Assembly (NCBI GenBank): GCA_040285825.1
Contig: JAUPSS010000002.1
Coordinates: forward strand, 3,596,001 to 3,660,000
Source of the DNA: Eukaryota sp. TZLM1-RC
Taxonomy: Eukaryota; Protista; Metamonada: BaSk clade
Direction: 5' to 3'
DNA: 64,000 nt
Made by a program: the position numbers and the translations under genes. The notes under the pieces were generated by a model. The model saw only the letters and a program-made list of their open reading frames with translations, was not told the DNA's origin and did no database searches. Below, piece by piece: positions 24,693-34,688 of the stretch (position 1 is its first letter; each line of letters starts with the position of its first letter).

Positions 24693-27600
24693 ATGTGGCA
24701 TTTGCTGGTCTTCTGCTCACTGTTGCTTCTGTCCTCGGTACACTGCAATACACTTTTGCTTTCAACTGGTGTTGAGGATGTTTCTCACATCAAATCTGCT
24801 CTCAGTGTTGTCGATCATGTTGAAGCTGAGCATTATGTAGATGTTGATTTGTTCGCATATACAGATGTCATTGTTGCTCTTAACTCAGGTTCTCTGAATT
24901 CTAAGGATGCCCAAGTTCTCAAAATCTTTGTGGAAAATGGAGGGCGCCTTGTCTTCTTCGGAGGAAGTACCAGTAGCTCGTTCCACGACACTCTCTCTGA
25001 AGTTATCATGTTTGAAGAAAGATCTTGGAGACAGCCTGGAACAACAGTTTCTATCTGGGATGATGCGTGCCAATTGACGACATTCCTCCAAGATTCGGTG
25101 GTCATCACAGATGAGTCTTCATTCCGTACCTTTGGAGTTGTTGCTGATCCACTTGCCCGAGTTTGCCTCCGTGACGAAACTGGTGTTCCTGCAGTATTCG
25201 CCAAGCCCTTTGGTCAGGGTGTCCTCTCCTACATCAATCTCTCTCCCGATGCAAAGTTTTACCAATCATCGTCCACTCAGACCTTCCTCCGTCATCTTCT
25301 CTCCAATGCTTTGCTCCTCTCTGCTGGTCAAGCTAAATGGGATAGACCTGATGCTTTGATGGTGTATAGCATTGTCAGTGATCGTTACATGCAGACAACC
25401 ATTTTCGAAACATTGGTAGCCAACCACTACAAACATGGCTATCGCTCCTATGACGTGATTTACACCAATAACTTTGACAAATTACCCCTGTCTGAGTACA
25501 AACACGTAAATCTCTATATTAATGGTAACAGCCACTCTACCTCGACTTTCAAGGCCCTCTATGATGCTGTTGACAAAGGCCTGAAGCTTACAGTTTTTGG
25601 TGGGTCAACCGGGCTGTCCTCTGCATTGTCCAATAGTAATTTGCTGAAAACCAATACGATGTCTTCATCATGGTTTTCATCCAAGGGTGTTTATCTTTCA
25701 GATTTGCCTAATCATCCATTAACAGAAGGTTTGAATGTGGATTTGTCGTTTATAGATACTTCTATCGGTAAGTATTCTGTAAAAGTCACGGATCCAAATG
25801 CCACTGTTGCTCTTCGTAATGCTGATGGATGGCCGTTTCTACTAACCAAGCAGATTGGTAAAGGTTTCATAACCTTTTCCACTTTTACAACAGTAAACGA
25901 GCTCAAACCACTTGATAAACATTCCTTGTTGAAGATTGTAGACAATTGTTTCTCATTGAGATACCGAGAAGCTGAGTATATCACTCATGAGGTTCTTTTA
26001 ATTCAAACTTTTTCTGCTGAAAGTCCTGTGGATTTACTACCTACTGAATGGTTTTTGAGAGAAGAAGGTATTAAATATAATGTTGTTGCTACCAATGAAT
26101 ATGATGATGTCAATCCTTCTCCTTATGAAACAATCATTATTGTTTTTAATGGTGGTAGTTTTCCTTCCCAACAAATGAACATTATAAATTCTTGGTTGGA
26201 AAAAGGTAAAAGAGTCGTCTTTTATGGTGGTAGTTCCGCTTCTTCTTACCTTTCACTTATGGACTCAATGTTTATCAAGCTCCGTACTACCAGAACTCAA
26301 TGGACCCGTAGGTCGGCCGACATAGATTTGATGGTGGTAGACCCCAGTGATCCCCTGACATTTAACTTGCCAAAAGAACATTCATTCAAGAAATCCTCTT
26401 GTAGATCTTCTGCTGTTGATATTGCTGATCCCAGTGCCAGGGTCTCCATTCGACGTGAAAACGGCCTTGGCTTTCCCTTAGCTGCTACCAAGGTCGTTAG
26501 TGGTGGTGTGGTGGTCTTGATTGATTTTGCACCAGGAACAAGCTGTGATGCTGATGAGGACCGTGATTATTTCAATCAATTGTTATTGAACTCTTTGAAA
26601 ATTAAAGCCAAGGACACGGAATGGACCAGAAACAAGGTTTTGCTATCCATTACTGCCAGTAATTCTGATGATTCTCCCTTGGAAATGAAGGGGTTACACT
26701 ATGCTTTAATTGATGCTGGAATTGATTATGATTTTATTATGCCCAACTCATTTAATATTAATGATTTAGAATCTTATAGCACCTATTTCATTGCTTACAA
26801 TGGTGGCTCTTTTGCTTCAGATCAGGTTAAGGATATTGAATATCTAATGGCCAATAACAAGAGAGTCTATTTCTGGGGGGGTAGCAGATCCCAAAGTTTT
26901 AATGCTAACTTTAGAGATGTTTTCCATATCACCACCAATTACGATTGGATCTCAACTGGACTTCCTCATCTAGAATCATTTGAAACTGGCAGATTCAACA
27001 CCAAACTTCCATTCAACGCTACCTTTGACAAGACTTTGAAGTATTGCATTCGTCCAAGTGGTCGTGACGGAGTGATCTACCAACGTAATGGTGATGGTTA
27101 TGGCGCTGTTGCTTGTAAATCTACTCAGGATTGGGGTAATTCTATCTTTGCTTTAACAACTTTTGTTCCTGATTTTGATAGAAATTCTTCACTCTTTTCC
27201 TATGTTCGTCAATTGGTGCTCAATTTCTTCCAATTGGCACCATCTGATTGTAAATCTCGTAAAAGAAACCATGCAATTCAACTAAGTCATTCTGAATCAA
27301 TGGTTCCTTCCCAATTCAAGACTGCTATTGATTCTGCTCAAGCTGCTTTGGGAGGAAAACCTTTCAATCTTGGCGGCAACCCTGAATTTGATTTTTATTT
27401 TGGTGATAAGGATCTCTTTAATCCTGCTGATTATCACAGTATTTTCATAATGTTAAATGGTTACGACTTTGATACTTCATTTTACGAAAGACTCAATAAC
27501 ACCATGTTGAGCTCTAGAATCAAGGTATTCTTCAGCGGAGGTAGCGGTACTTCTTCTTTTGCAGGCAATTTGAACAAGTATTTGTTACGAAACAGCTATC

Positions 27601-27896
27601 CTGGAAGATGGCAAACATCCACTCAACCAACTTATAGACTGACCTCTTCTCACGATCTCACAAGAAGTTTACCTCAGCAACATGAAGGAGATCGAAGTTC
27701 CAGAAGTTATGTTGTCAAGGTTGATGATGGTAGTGCACGAACACTAGCGGTCAATGGTGATGGAATGCCTTTCTTGGTTCAAAAGAGAGTAGGCTCGTCT
27801 GGTTTTGCTTACGTTGTTTGTCCTTTTTCGGATTGGGAAGTTCAAGATTTGTTCGTCCAAAATGTATTGATTCATAATTTTTACCTTTATTTCTAG
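24693..27896 (+). CDS. Secreted protein with about 5 tandem class-I glutamine-amidotransferase-like (ThuA/DUF4350-like) repeats
   Basis: Signal peptide MWHLLVFCSLLLLSSVHC from ATG 24693. A roughly 200-aa unit with Y..I...NG/NSG...G.R.VF.GGS and H.LT..L...NGDG.P occurs five times. Intronless. Confidence 0.8.
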   Translation: MWHLLVFCSLLLLSSVHCNTLLLSTGVEDVSHIKSALSVVDHVEAEHYVDVDLFAYTDVIVALNSGSLNSKDAQVLKIFVENGGRLVFFGGSTSSSFHDTLSEVIMFEERSWRQPGTTVSIWDDACQLTTFLQDSVVITDESSFRTFGVVADPLARVCLRDETGVPAVFAKPFGQGVLSYINLSPDAKFYQSSSTQTFLRHLLSNALLLSAGQAKWDRPDALMVYSIVSDRYMQTTIFETLVANHYKHGYRSYDVIYTNNFDKLPLSEYKHVNLYINGNSHSTSTFKALYDAVDKGLKLTVFGGSTGLSSALSNSNLLKTNTMSSSWFSSKGVYLSDLPNHPLTEGLNVDLSFIDTSIGKYSVKVTDPNATVALRNADGWPFLLTKQIGKGFITFSTFTTVNELKPLDKHSLLKIVDNCFSLRYREAEYITHEVLLIQTFSAESPVDLLPTEWFLREEGIKYNVVATNEYDDVNPSPYETIIIVFNGGSFPSQQMNIINSWLEKGKRVVFYGGSSASSYLSLMDSMFIKLRTTRTQWTRRSADIDLMVVDPSDPLTFNLPKEHSFKKSSCRSSAVDIADPSARVSIRRENGLGFPLAATKVVSGGVVVLIDFAPGTSCDADEDRDYFNQLLLNSLKIKAKDTEWTRNKVLLSITASNSDDSPLEMKGLHYALIDAGIDYDFIMPNSFNINDLESYSTYFIAYNGGSFASDQVKDIEYLMANNKRVYFWGGSRSQSFNANFRDVFHITTNYDWISTGLPHLESFETGRFNTKLPFNATFDKTLKYCIRPSGRDGVIYQRNGDGYGAVACKSTQDWGNSIFALTTFVPDFDRNSSLFSYVRQLVLNFFQLAPSDCKSRKRNHAIQLSHSESMVPSQFKTAIDSAQAALGGKPFNLGGNPEFDFYFGDKDLFNPADYHSIFIMLNGYDFDTSFYERLNNTMLSSRIKVFFSGGSGTSSFAGNLNKYLLRNSYPGRWQTSTQPTYRLTSSHDLTRSLPQQHEGDRSSRSYVVKVDDGSARTLAVNGDGMPFLVQKRVGSSGFAYVVCPFSDWEVQDLFVQNVLIHNFYLYF

Positions 27897-30165
27897 AGTT
27901 TTTGTCATAAATTTTGTTTTGTATACAGCTATTTTGTAATTTTTGATTGTGGTATTTTTCAAATAATGCTATAATTGTTGTACAGCTCAGTAAAGGAAAT
28001 GGGAGATCATTGAACCTCAAAATTATTTGATTTTTATAGCCGTAAAAACAATCAACAATTCTCCAACCTTTGTCAGGTCTACTAATGAGGATTAATAAGG
28101 AGATTTTATATTTGAATTAAAAATCTACTAATAAGGAATTAGGAATAGATTAATTCTAAATTTTTCTAAAAGCACTACGTTGTTGTTTCAGTTGATAATT
28201 TGTAATTCTTGGTATAATTTTCTACAACAATTTGAATGATAACTTAGTGTATGTTGTGTAAAATTTGACAGCATTCTTAGAAAAATTAATTTTTTCAACT
28301 TGTACACTTAACAAAATACTCTTTTCTAAATGGACGAAATTCATTCACAGTATTCTTGAGTTATTGCTCGTTCAGTTCTTACGTTACAGTGGTTTTTTTG
28401 CTTTTGTGAATTAGTTTGTATATTCCAAATTTAATGGTGTTTTTTTGAAGACTTAATATATTTGAATTAGAACTAATGGGGCTAAATTCAAAGAACAGAA
28501 ATTCCTCTACAAAATTCTGATCTGCTGATTTTCTCGCCATTGCTGCTGTATTTCGATGAAAGAAACAATGTAATGTAATAATTATATTATTAGAATTTGT
28601 GAGTGGCCTAAATAGATATCAAATATTTTCATTGTTGTTTCTTGAACCAAATTTTGGAAATCATTCAAAAGAACATTTTTTTATCAGTCTGCTGTTAAGA
28701 CAAAATTGAAAAAGAATAGAAACAAGCGGCGTTTGAAATTTCAACAACCGGGTGCCACCGACTGCACCTGGTGCACTGAGTGTTTTATCGGGTGAAAAAA
28801 TGAACCCCCTGCGTGACACCAAGTTGACAATTCTTGATACACACATCGAATTTGTATGTTGGTACTAGTAGTTTAATAAATCATCTTTATTAATCCAACT
28901 ATTTTGTAATACATGTCGTGCTATTGTCTGCCAACACCCATAGCCATTTACAGGTTTTGTCTGTTTATTAGGTTGTTAGTTTATTTAGGAAGAGTGGAAA
29001 GATGGGTCAGAATTTCATTAAAACCGCCTGGGTGATTTCAAACTGCTAGAAATTTATTACGAAGACAAAAGATTTTCTTTCGACTTAAGCGCTAGAGCGC
29101 AATTGTATATTAAAGTAGAATAACCTTTAATAATATAAACTAATCTAAAACTAATAAAGCTAGTCAACGCTAAATCTAGAGATTCAATAATGATGAAGAA
29201 CATCATAGAAATATGGGGTGGTTGCTTGTTATACTGTGAAACGAGAGTTCTAAAGAAACATGAAGACTCATGGTGGAACAAGATTGATATTTTATTGAAC
29301 AATTTGAATAATTGAAATTGAACCACAAGGAGTGATTGGAGTTTGTTTTTGCGTATTCATTTCTATTATTAGTTAATTTTGTAAAAATTAGAAAATAAAA
29401 CAATTACAAAATTCATTATTTGTCAGGACGTAATCTTCAACTATGTTCAATTGTAATAATAGTGGAGCTATGGTTTGCTCTTATCAAAGCTTTCCAATTT
29501 GAAAATCTTTCAAAACTAAAATTTTTTTAGAACTCTCAAATATGTCTCTGTATCCACCGATAAAAGCACACGAAGTAAAAAAATCAATTAATTCAATGAT
29601 TTACTTTCTTTCTTTGGTTAAATATTTAATTTATTTTGAAAATTGAAAACTAGAAATCAATATCTTCTTCAAAACAAGCTTCCACACCATCAAACCGGGA
29701 AGATTGACCACAGGAGGGAGAAAAAAAAATAGAGTTAGATTAACTCACTAAATGAAGATCAGCTGTTAGTTGAGGCCTGACCAGACCTTTCTGTTCTGGA
29801 AAGTATGTCGTTTCCCATCACGTGATCTTTAGTTTAAATTCTAGTTTGTATTTTTATTATCTGATTTTCTTAACTCTGTCCATAAACATCCGTTCTATTT
29901 TAGCTTATAGAATATTGTTCACGAAAGCCAACACAGCTTCACCCTCACCCGTCACGATGAATGGTGAATGGTTAACCAATCCAAACCATTGATGTAAGGC
30001 TGGGACGGGTCCATGTGCGACCCATAGAAGCGCGTCATGTCAAATGGTAACTATACTCTTAATAACAGCACAATTGAAACCTTGGGTCAAAAAGACAAAT
30101 CATTTTTGATCCAACGACATTTTTCAAAACAATCCAAACATCGAAACATTCTTTGATCACACCCA

Positions 30166-30886
30166 ATGCGTAGGTCCTTGACTGTTATCTGCCTAGTTGG
30201 CTTATTGTTCTTAACTGTGTCCAGTACTAAAACCAGTAGTGGACTTGTTCAACATGCTAGGATGGTTTGTAATTTTGCTTTCTCTTACCGTATGCCCTTG
30301 GTGAATCATGGGGGTTTGTTACTCCAACGAAATTCTGATCATTAGCTATGTCTGGGGAACGATTGGCCAGGTATTAACCGAATCAATCCTGCAACAGAAA
30401 ATCCGTCAGTACCCCGATCTCAAACCAGTTTGTTTTACCTCTGCGATTTACTCCAGAAAGAGGCAGAAATTCGAAATAAGTATCTCGGTAAGCGCACTGC
30501 CGATTGGTTTGTATTTTGTTGTTCTTTCTGATTGCAGTGTTGGACTCATCAAATCTTACTTGTGGTGGAATGGTGGAAATATTGTATGTCTACAAGATGA
30601 AGTCTAATTGCATGCTTACGATAAATCACAGGATAAAACAGCCGAGCAAATGTTTAAACTCGCCCCCAAATCAGGTCCTATCAGTTCTCTTCCCAATGTT
30701 CCTGGCCTCTGTCTTTATCTCAAAGGACACATTGGCGTCTATATTGGAGATGGATGGGCTATTGAATCCAAAGGATTCGATTACGGTGTAGTACAAGTAT
30801 GTTCAGCAATAGTTACTTATCATTAGACACGTGTCCAAGGTCGAGGTTGGACAAACTGGATGCAATGTCCTTTTATCCGATATTAG
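30166..30886 (+). CDS. Secreted NlpC/P60 (endolysin-like) peptidoglycan hydrolase, 7 exons, 179 aa
   Basis: Exons 30166-30264, 30294-30313, 30346-30427, 30457-30506, 30538-30583, 30614-30796, 30827-30886. They give a signal peptide plus KTSSGLVQHARMALGESWGYVWGTIGQ..RTADCVGLIKSYLWW..GHIGVYIGDGWAIESKG..GVVQT..WTNWMQCPFIRY, with Cys-His-Glu in NlpC/P60 spacing. Confidence 0.85.
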
Positions 30887-32444
30887 ATCGTGTTAACACA
30901 TTGGCTATTTAACTATAAATTTATGTAAATAAGCGCATGTACAGTGAATTCTATAGTTTAAAGTTCAAGTCATTGTTATGAATTAAAAGAGGAGGTATTT
31001 ACGATGAGCCTACATCAGCTACCAATTGGGAGACATAACTTGTCTTGGATTATCTTCTAAGCCTTCACTGTTGAAGTAAAGGAGAACATCACATGTTATA
31101 GTTGAAATAGATTCATAAAAGTGGAAATTTTGCTTTTTGATTTAGTTGCATGATACAGAATGACACCAGACACCACAAACAGACTCAATTATTTTAATTA
31201 TTATTCTTCTGTTTCTTCCTAATCTGCATCAAAATTGAGTAAAGTGAATCTCCTCAATTGTTTAAATAAAGAACATGATTTTTTTACCAGACCATCTTGA
31301 AACAGTTCATAACCAATGTCCAAGATGTCGATTATCGATATTGATGATCTATGTTAAATGCAGCTGTTTTAGTTGGGTTTATTTTATTCAGTTCAAAGTT
31401 CAATTCACTGCATTATTTGATTCGAAATGGAAAAATGATGAATTATTTGGTGAAAATTGATGACCAATTGATAAATTGCAGAAAATATTCAGAACCACAC
31501 AACAATCTTTTTTGAAAAAAAAAGTGTTCTCTTCTATGTTGATGTAGACCTCAGTTGCTGGACTCTTACAGTGACTGCATATGAGTCAGTGGGTTTTGAA
31601 TGGTGATATTGAGGTATTGCATAGTTGTTCAATGGCAATGACAAGGGCTACTTGTCAACTTGTGTTTTTGACTTGAATCACATGTCTTAATGAAACAATT
31701 GTCATGTTACTGGAATTGCTCTTATCTAAAATTTCCTTGTCAGACAGAAGTCCCAAAAGAACCAGTGTTCGGACACCACCATGTGGACCACGTGGTGCCA
31801 CCATGTCCATTGACCATTGTCAATATACTAGCGAACTTTTCTTTAATTCATTCAAATTCAGGTGACAATAATCCACTTATTGCTTCAAACAAATACAAAA
31901 TTGTTAAATACGCCAAACCTATTTCTTCTGTCAATGAAAACTGTTATGTCCAATAGAATTTATGTCCTTTTGTGTTCCTTACTTGTATCTTTAGGTATGG
32001 CTGCTATGACGTTTTTTAAGGTTATGATGTAGTTGTGAAGGAAAAAACTGGAAGAATTTTCAATCATGTTTACTGGCCAAACAGGATTGTATATTCTATT
32101 TTTGGGGCAATGATGAAATAAATTTCTTATTCACTCTCTTCTTTTTGGAAATTTTCTGAATCCTTAGTAATTAATTATTTTGATGTAGGGGAGGTAGATT
32201 TTGAGGATTTGGAGCTTTGGTTGTGTATTTGATGATTTTTTATTCGATTAATTAATCTGTATTAACAAAGCAAAGATGAACTGTTAGTCTTTACACTATT
32301 CTAGAGTGTAGATAGACTTATCTATTTGTTCTTGTTTATTAGCTTAATGTTCATTGTTTATTCATGGAGACCTCACTAGTGATGGTATTGAAATTCACTA
32401 TAGCTCATTTCTCGTCGTAATAAAATTACTATCTGTTCACATAT

Positions 32445-34688
32445 ATGTCTGACTCTAGCCCACAGGCAACAATAATTATTGGCCGTTCTTCGGCTAACGA
32501 ACAACAGGCTCCTCTGGATGCAGCCTCACCTCCGGGTGGAACCAATCTCGGCCGTAGGGATTCCGACTCCCATCTCGCCAACAATCCTCAGGATTCAGAG
32601 GGGGACCCTCCTACTCCTGCCAAGGATTCTTCTTCTCCCGAAGAAGCCAACGCAGACACCTCGAAAGAGGAGTCTACCTCTACGGCTTCCAAGGAGTCGA
32701 AAGATTCTACTGGTCAGGTTCGTCCCTCCTCTCCTTCTCCCAAGGTATCTACTCCCACTAAATCTAAGTGGCAGTATACCTTGGAGAAATTCCGTAGAGA
32801 TTTAGAACTATGGGACTTCCTGGATCTGGTCGCCTTAAAGGCAGAACTTGCTACTCGTGCTCCTAAGGACCACTTTGAGCAGTTCATGATCCAGATGTTC
32901 CTAAACGAGTCTCCTCCTCGGATTCCTTCGGTTGAAGAGGACGGGGACAACTTTAAGTTCTTGCTGATGCCCCAACCCTATGATCCATTGACTCATCCAG
33001 ACCCGGATTGTCTTATGGATTTCTATCCATTCCGTCTGGACAGGGAATCAGCAGTTGAACCCAACCCAGGCCAAGTTTTCGCCGCTCGTAGTGCTTACGG
33101 TCAGGAGCTCTCAAGAGTATGGAACTCGTTGGATAACCCTCCTACTCTCAGAAGTCTCCCAGCTAATCCCGAAACCACTCCCACACCTTCTCGTCAAGAG
33201 AAAGTGGCTGTTCACGGTGAGGATGAAGACGGTAACCCATGCGTTTTCTGGGTACCTAGGAGTCAAGTTCTCTCTCCTGATCCCTCCATCCCTAAGCCCC
33301 TCTCTGGAGATTTGTCCGTTTCGGATCTCGACACTTCTCCTCCCATCCTTCTCCCATCTAACGCGGTGGATTTCGACTCTCTTAGTATTCCTAAAACATC
33401 ACAGTCCACCACCAAAATCAGGGACAGCCCCTCTCGCTGTTTCCCTAAAATCACTAGAGATGGACAAGAAGTTGATCCTACTTTTGATGGTGTTCCAGGT
33501 CACACTGGATATGATAAACCCATGGAACAAGTAGACAGGATGCGTCAGACTAAAGCATCAGACTGCGGAAAAACAGTCTATGGTGCTAGTCTCCCTCCTC
33601 AAAACGCCACTACTACCACTAACGCTGTTCTTGCGGCCATGTCCAAAGCGTCTCGTAGTTTATATGACGACCGAGCCAAGAAACTTCAATCAGATCGTAA
33701 TCGCCCTCGTCTCAAGAAGGACATGATTACCAGTACTGGCAAGGTCATTGCATTCATTAATGACTTCATCTCTTGGGCGTACAATGATAGAATCTCTCAA
33801 GATTTCAAATGTGACCCCAACAACCCTCGCGAAGTCGCTCTAACTAATGAAATTGCACGTCTCACACAACTTACAGAAGCTCATAGAGCCTGTACTCTCC
33901 GTGCTACTCATCATCCCAACTACATTCCGTTAAATCAACGATACGATGAGCCAGCCCACGAGTGGGACATTTTCAGAGCTGGCGCTAAAATCAATCCAGC
34001 TGGCATCAGCTCTTGCGTTGACACCGATGTCATATCTACCCTTGCCATGGCTGCAGGTGGTACAAGGCCCGGTCTCCAACTCCATCAAATCAATGAAGAA
34101 CTGTGGGAGAACATTCTCTTCGCTTCCCAGTTTCCAAATCTGGCCACTGCCAAACTCACATTATCCCAAGTCAAAATGGACTGGAATATCTCCAATTACC
34201 AGAGTAGATGGATTAAATATATATCGCAGGTCGGCTTTGTCGTCAATCAATCAATGGGGATGAGAGATACACTAGCTATCGATCGCTTCCAACCCCATCA
34301 AGAGGTAATCAAGCTCGAAGAATGGGACATTGCGTTCTCTATTCTCGACAACCTCGGAATTGACCCTCTCTTCAACGAACTCTTCAATCCTTGGACGTAC
34401 TCTTCTGTTTACGTTAAACGCCGTCTAAGTGATTTCATCGATGTTCTCTCTAAGTTTTATAACAACTGGTGTAATACCAGAACTTTCGAGGAACAAAAAG
34501 CGAGCTCGGAAATCCGTCAGAAACTTCACTGGTCCAGGAGCTCAAGGTCCTATGTTCGGTGGGAGACCCCATCCCAAAGACCAAAAGCTTATCGACACTT
34601 ACGATTATGTCGAACAAGTATCGACCAACAAGGAGCAGCTCAGACGCAGAGTCAAAAATCTAAAGAAACGCTCTGCCAAAGACGATAA
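32445..34688 (+). CDS. gag: Gag-like ORF1 of the gypsy element
   Basis: 747-aa ORF starting inside the 5' LTR, with a long Pro/Ser-rich N-terminus. Confidence 0.75.
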   Translation: MSDSSPQATIIIGRSSANEQQAPLDAASPPGGTNLGRRDSDSHLANNPQDSEGDPPTPAKDSSSPEEANADTSKEESTSTASKESKDSTGQVRPSSPSPKVSTPTKSKWQYTLEKFRRDLELWDFLDLVALKAELATRAPKDHFEQFMIQMFLNESPPRIPSVEEDGDNFKFLLMPQPYDPLTHPDPDCLMDFYPFRLDRESAVEPNPGQVFAARSAYGQELSRVWNSLDNPPTLRSLPANPETTPTPSRQEKVAVHGEDEDGNPCVFWVPRSQVLSPDPSIPKPLSGDLSVSDLDTSPPILLPSNAVDFDSLSIPKTSQSTTKIRDSPSRCFPKITRDGQEVDPTFDGVPGHTGYDKPMEQVDRMRQTKASDCGKTVYGASLPPQNATTTTNAVLAAMSKASRSLYDDRAKKLQSDRNRPRLKKDMITSTGKVIAFINDFISWAYNDRISQDFKCDPNNPREVALTNEIARLTQLTEAHRACTLRATHHPNYIPLNQRYDEPAHEWDIFRAGAKINPAGISSCVDTDVISTLAMAAGGTRPGLQLHQINEELWENILFASQFPNLATAKLTLSQVKMDWNISNYQSRWIKYISQVGFVVNQSMGMRDTLAIDRFQPHQEVIKLEEWDIAFSILDNLGIDPLFNELFNPWTYSSVYVKRRLSDFIDVLSKFYNNWCNTRTFEEQKASSEIRQKLHWSRSSRSYVRWETPSQRPKAYRHLRLCRTSIDQQGAAQTQSQKSKETLCQRR

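Noticed and set aside
28722-29050. Possible MITE with TTTGAAAT-containing inverted ends
   Set aside because: The inverted match is short and gapped, and there is no TSD.
29710-29888. Possible fourth LTR after the purine tract GGAGGGAGAAAA
   Set aside because: No 5' TG, no second copy, no TSD.
31763-31810. CAGTGTT followed by a CACCATGTGG/CCACGTGGTG hairpin (hAT-like end)
   Set aside because: No partner terminus or transposase is visible.
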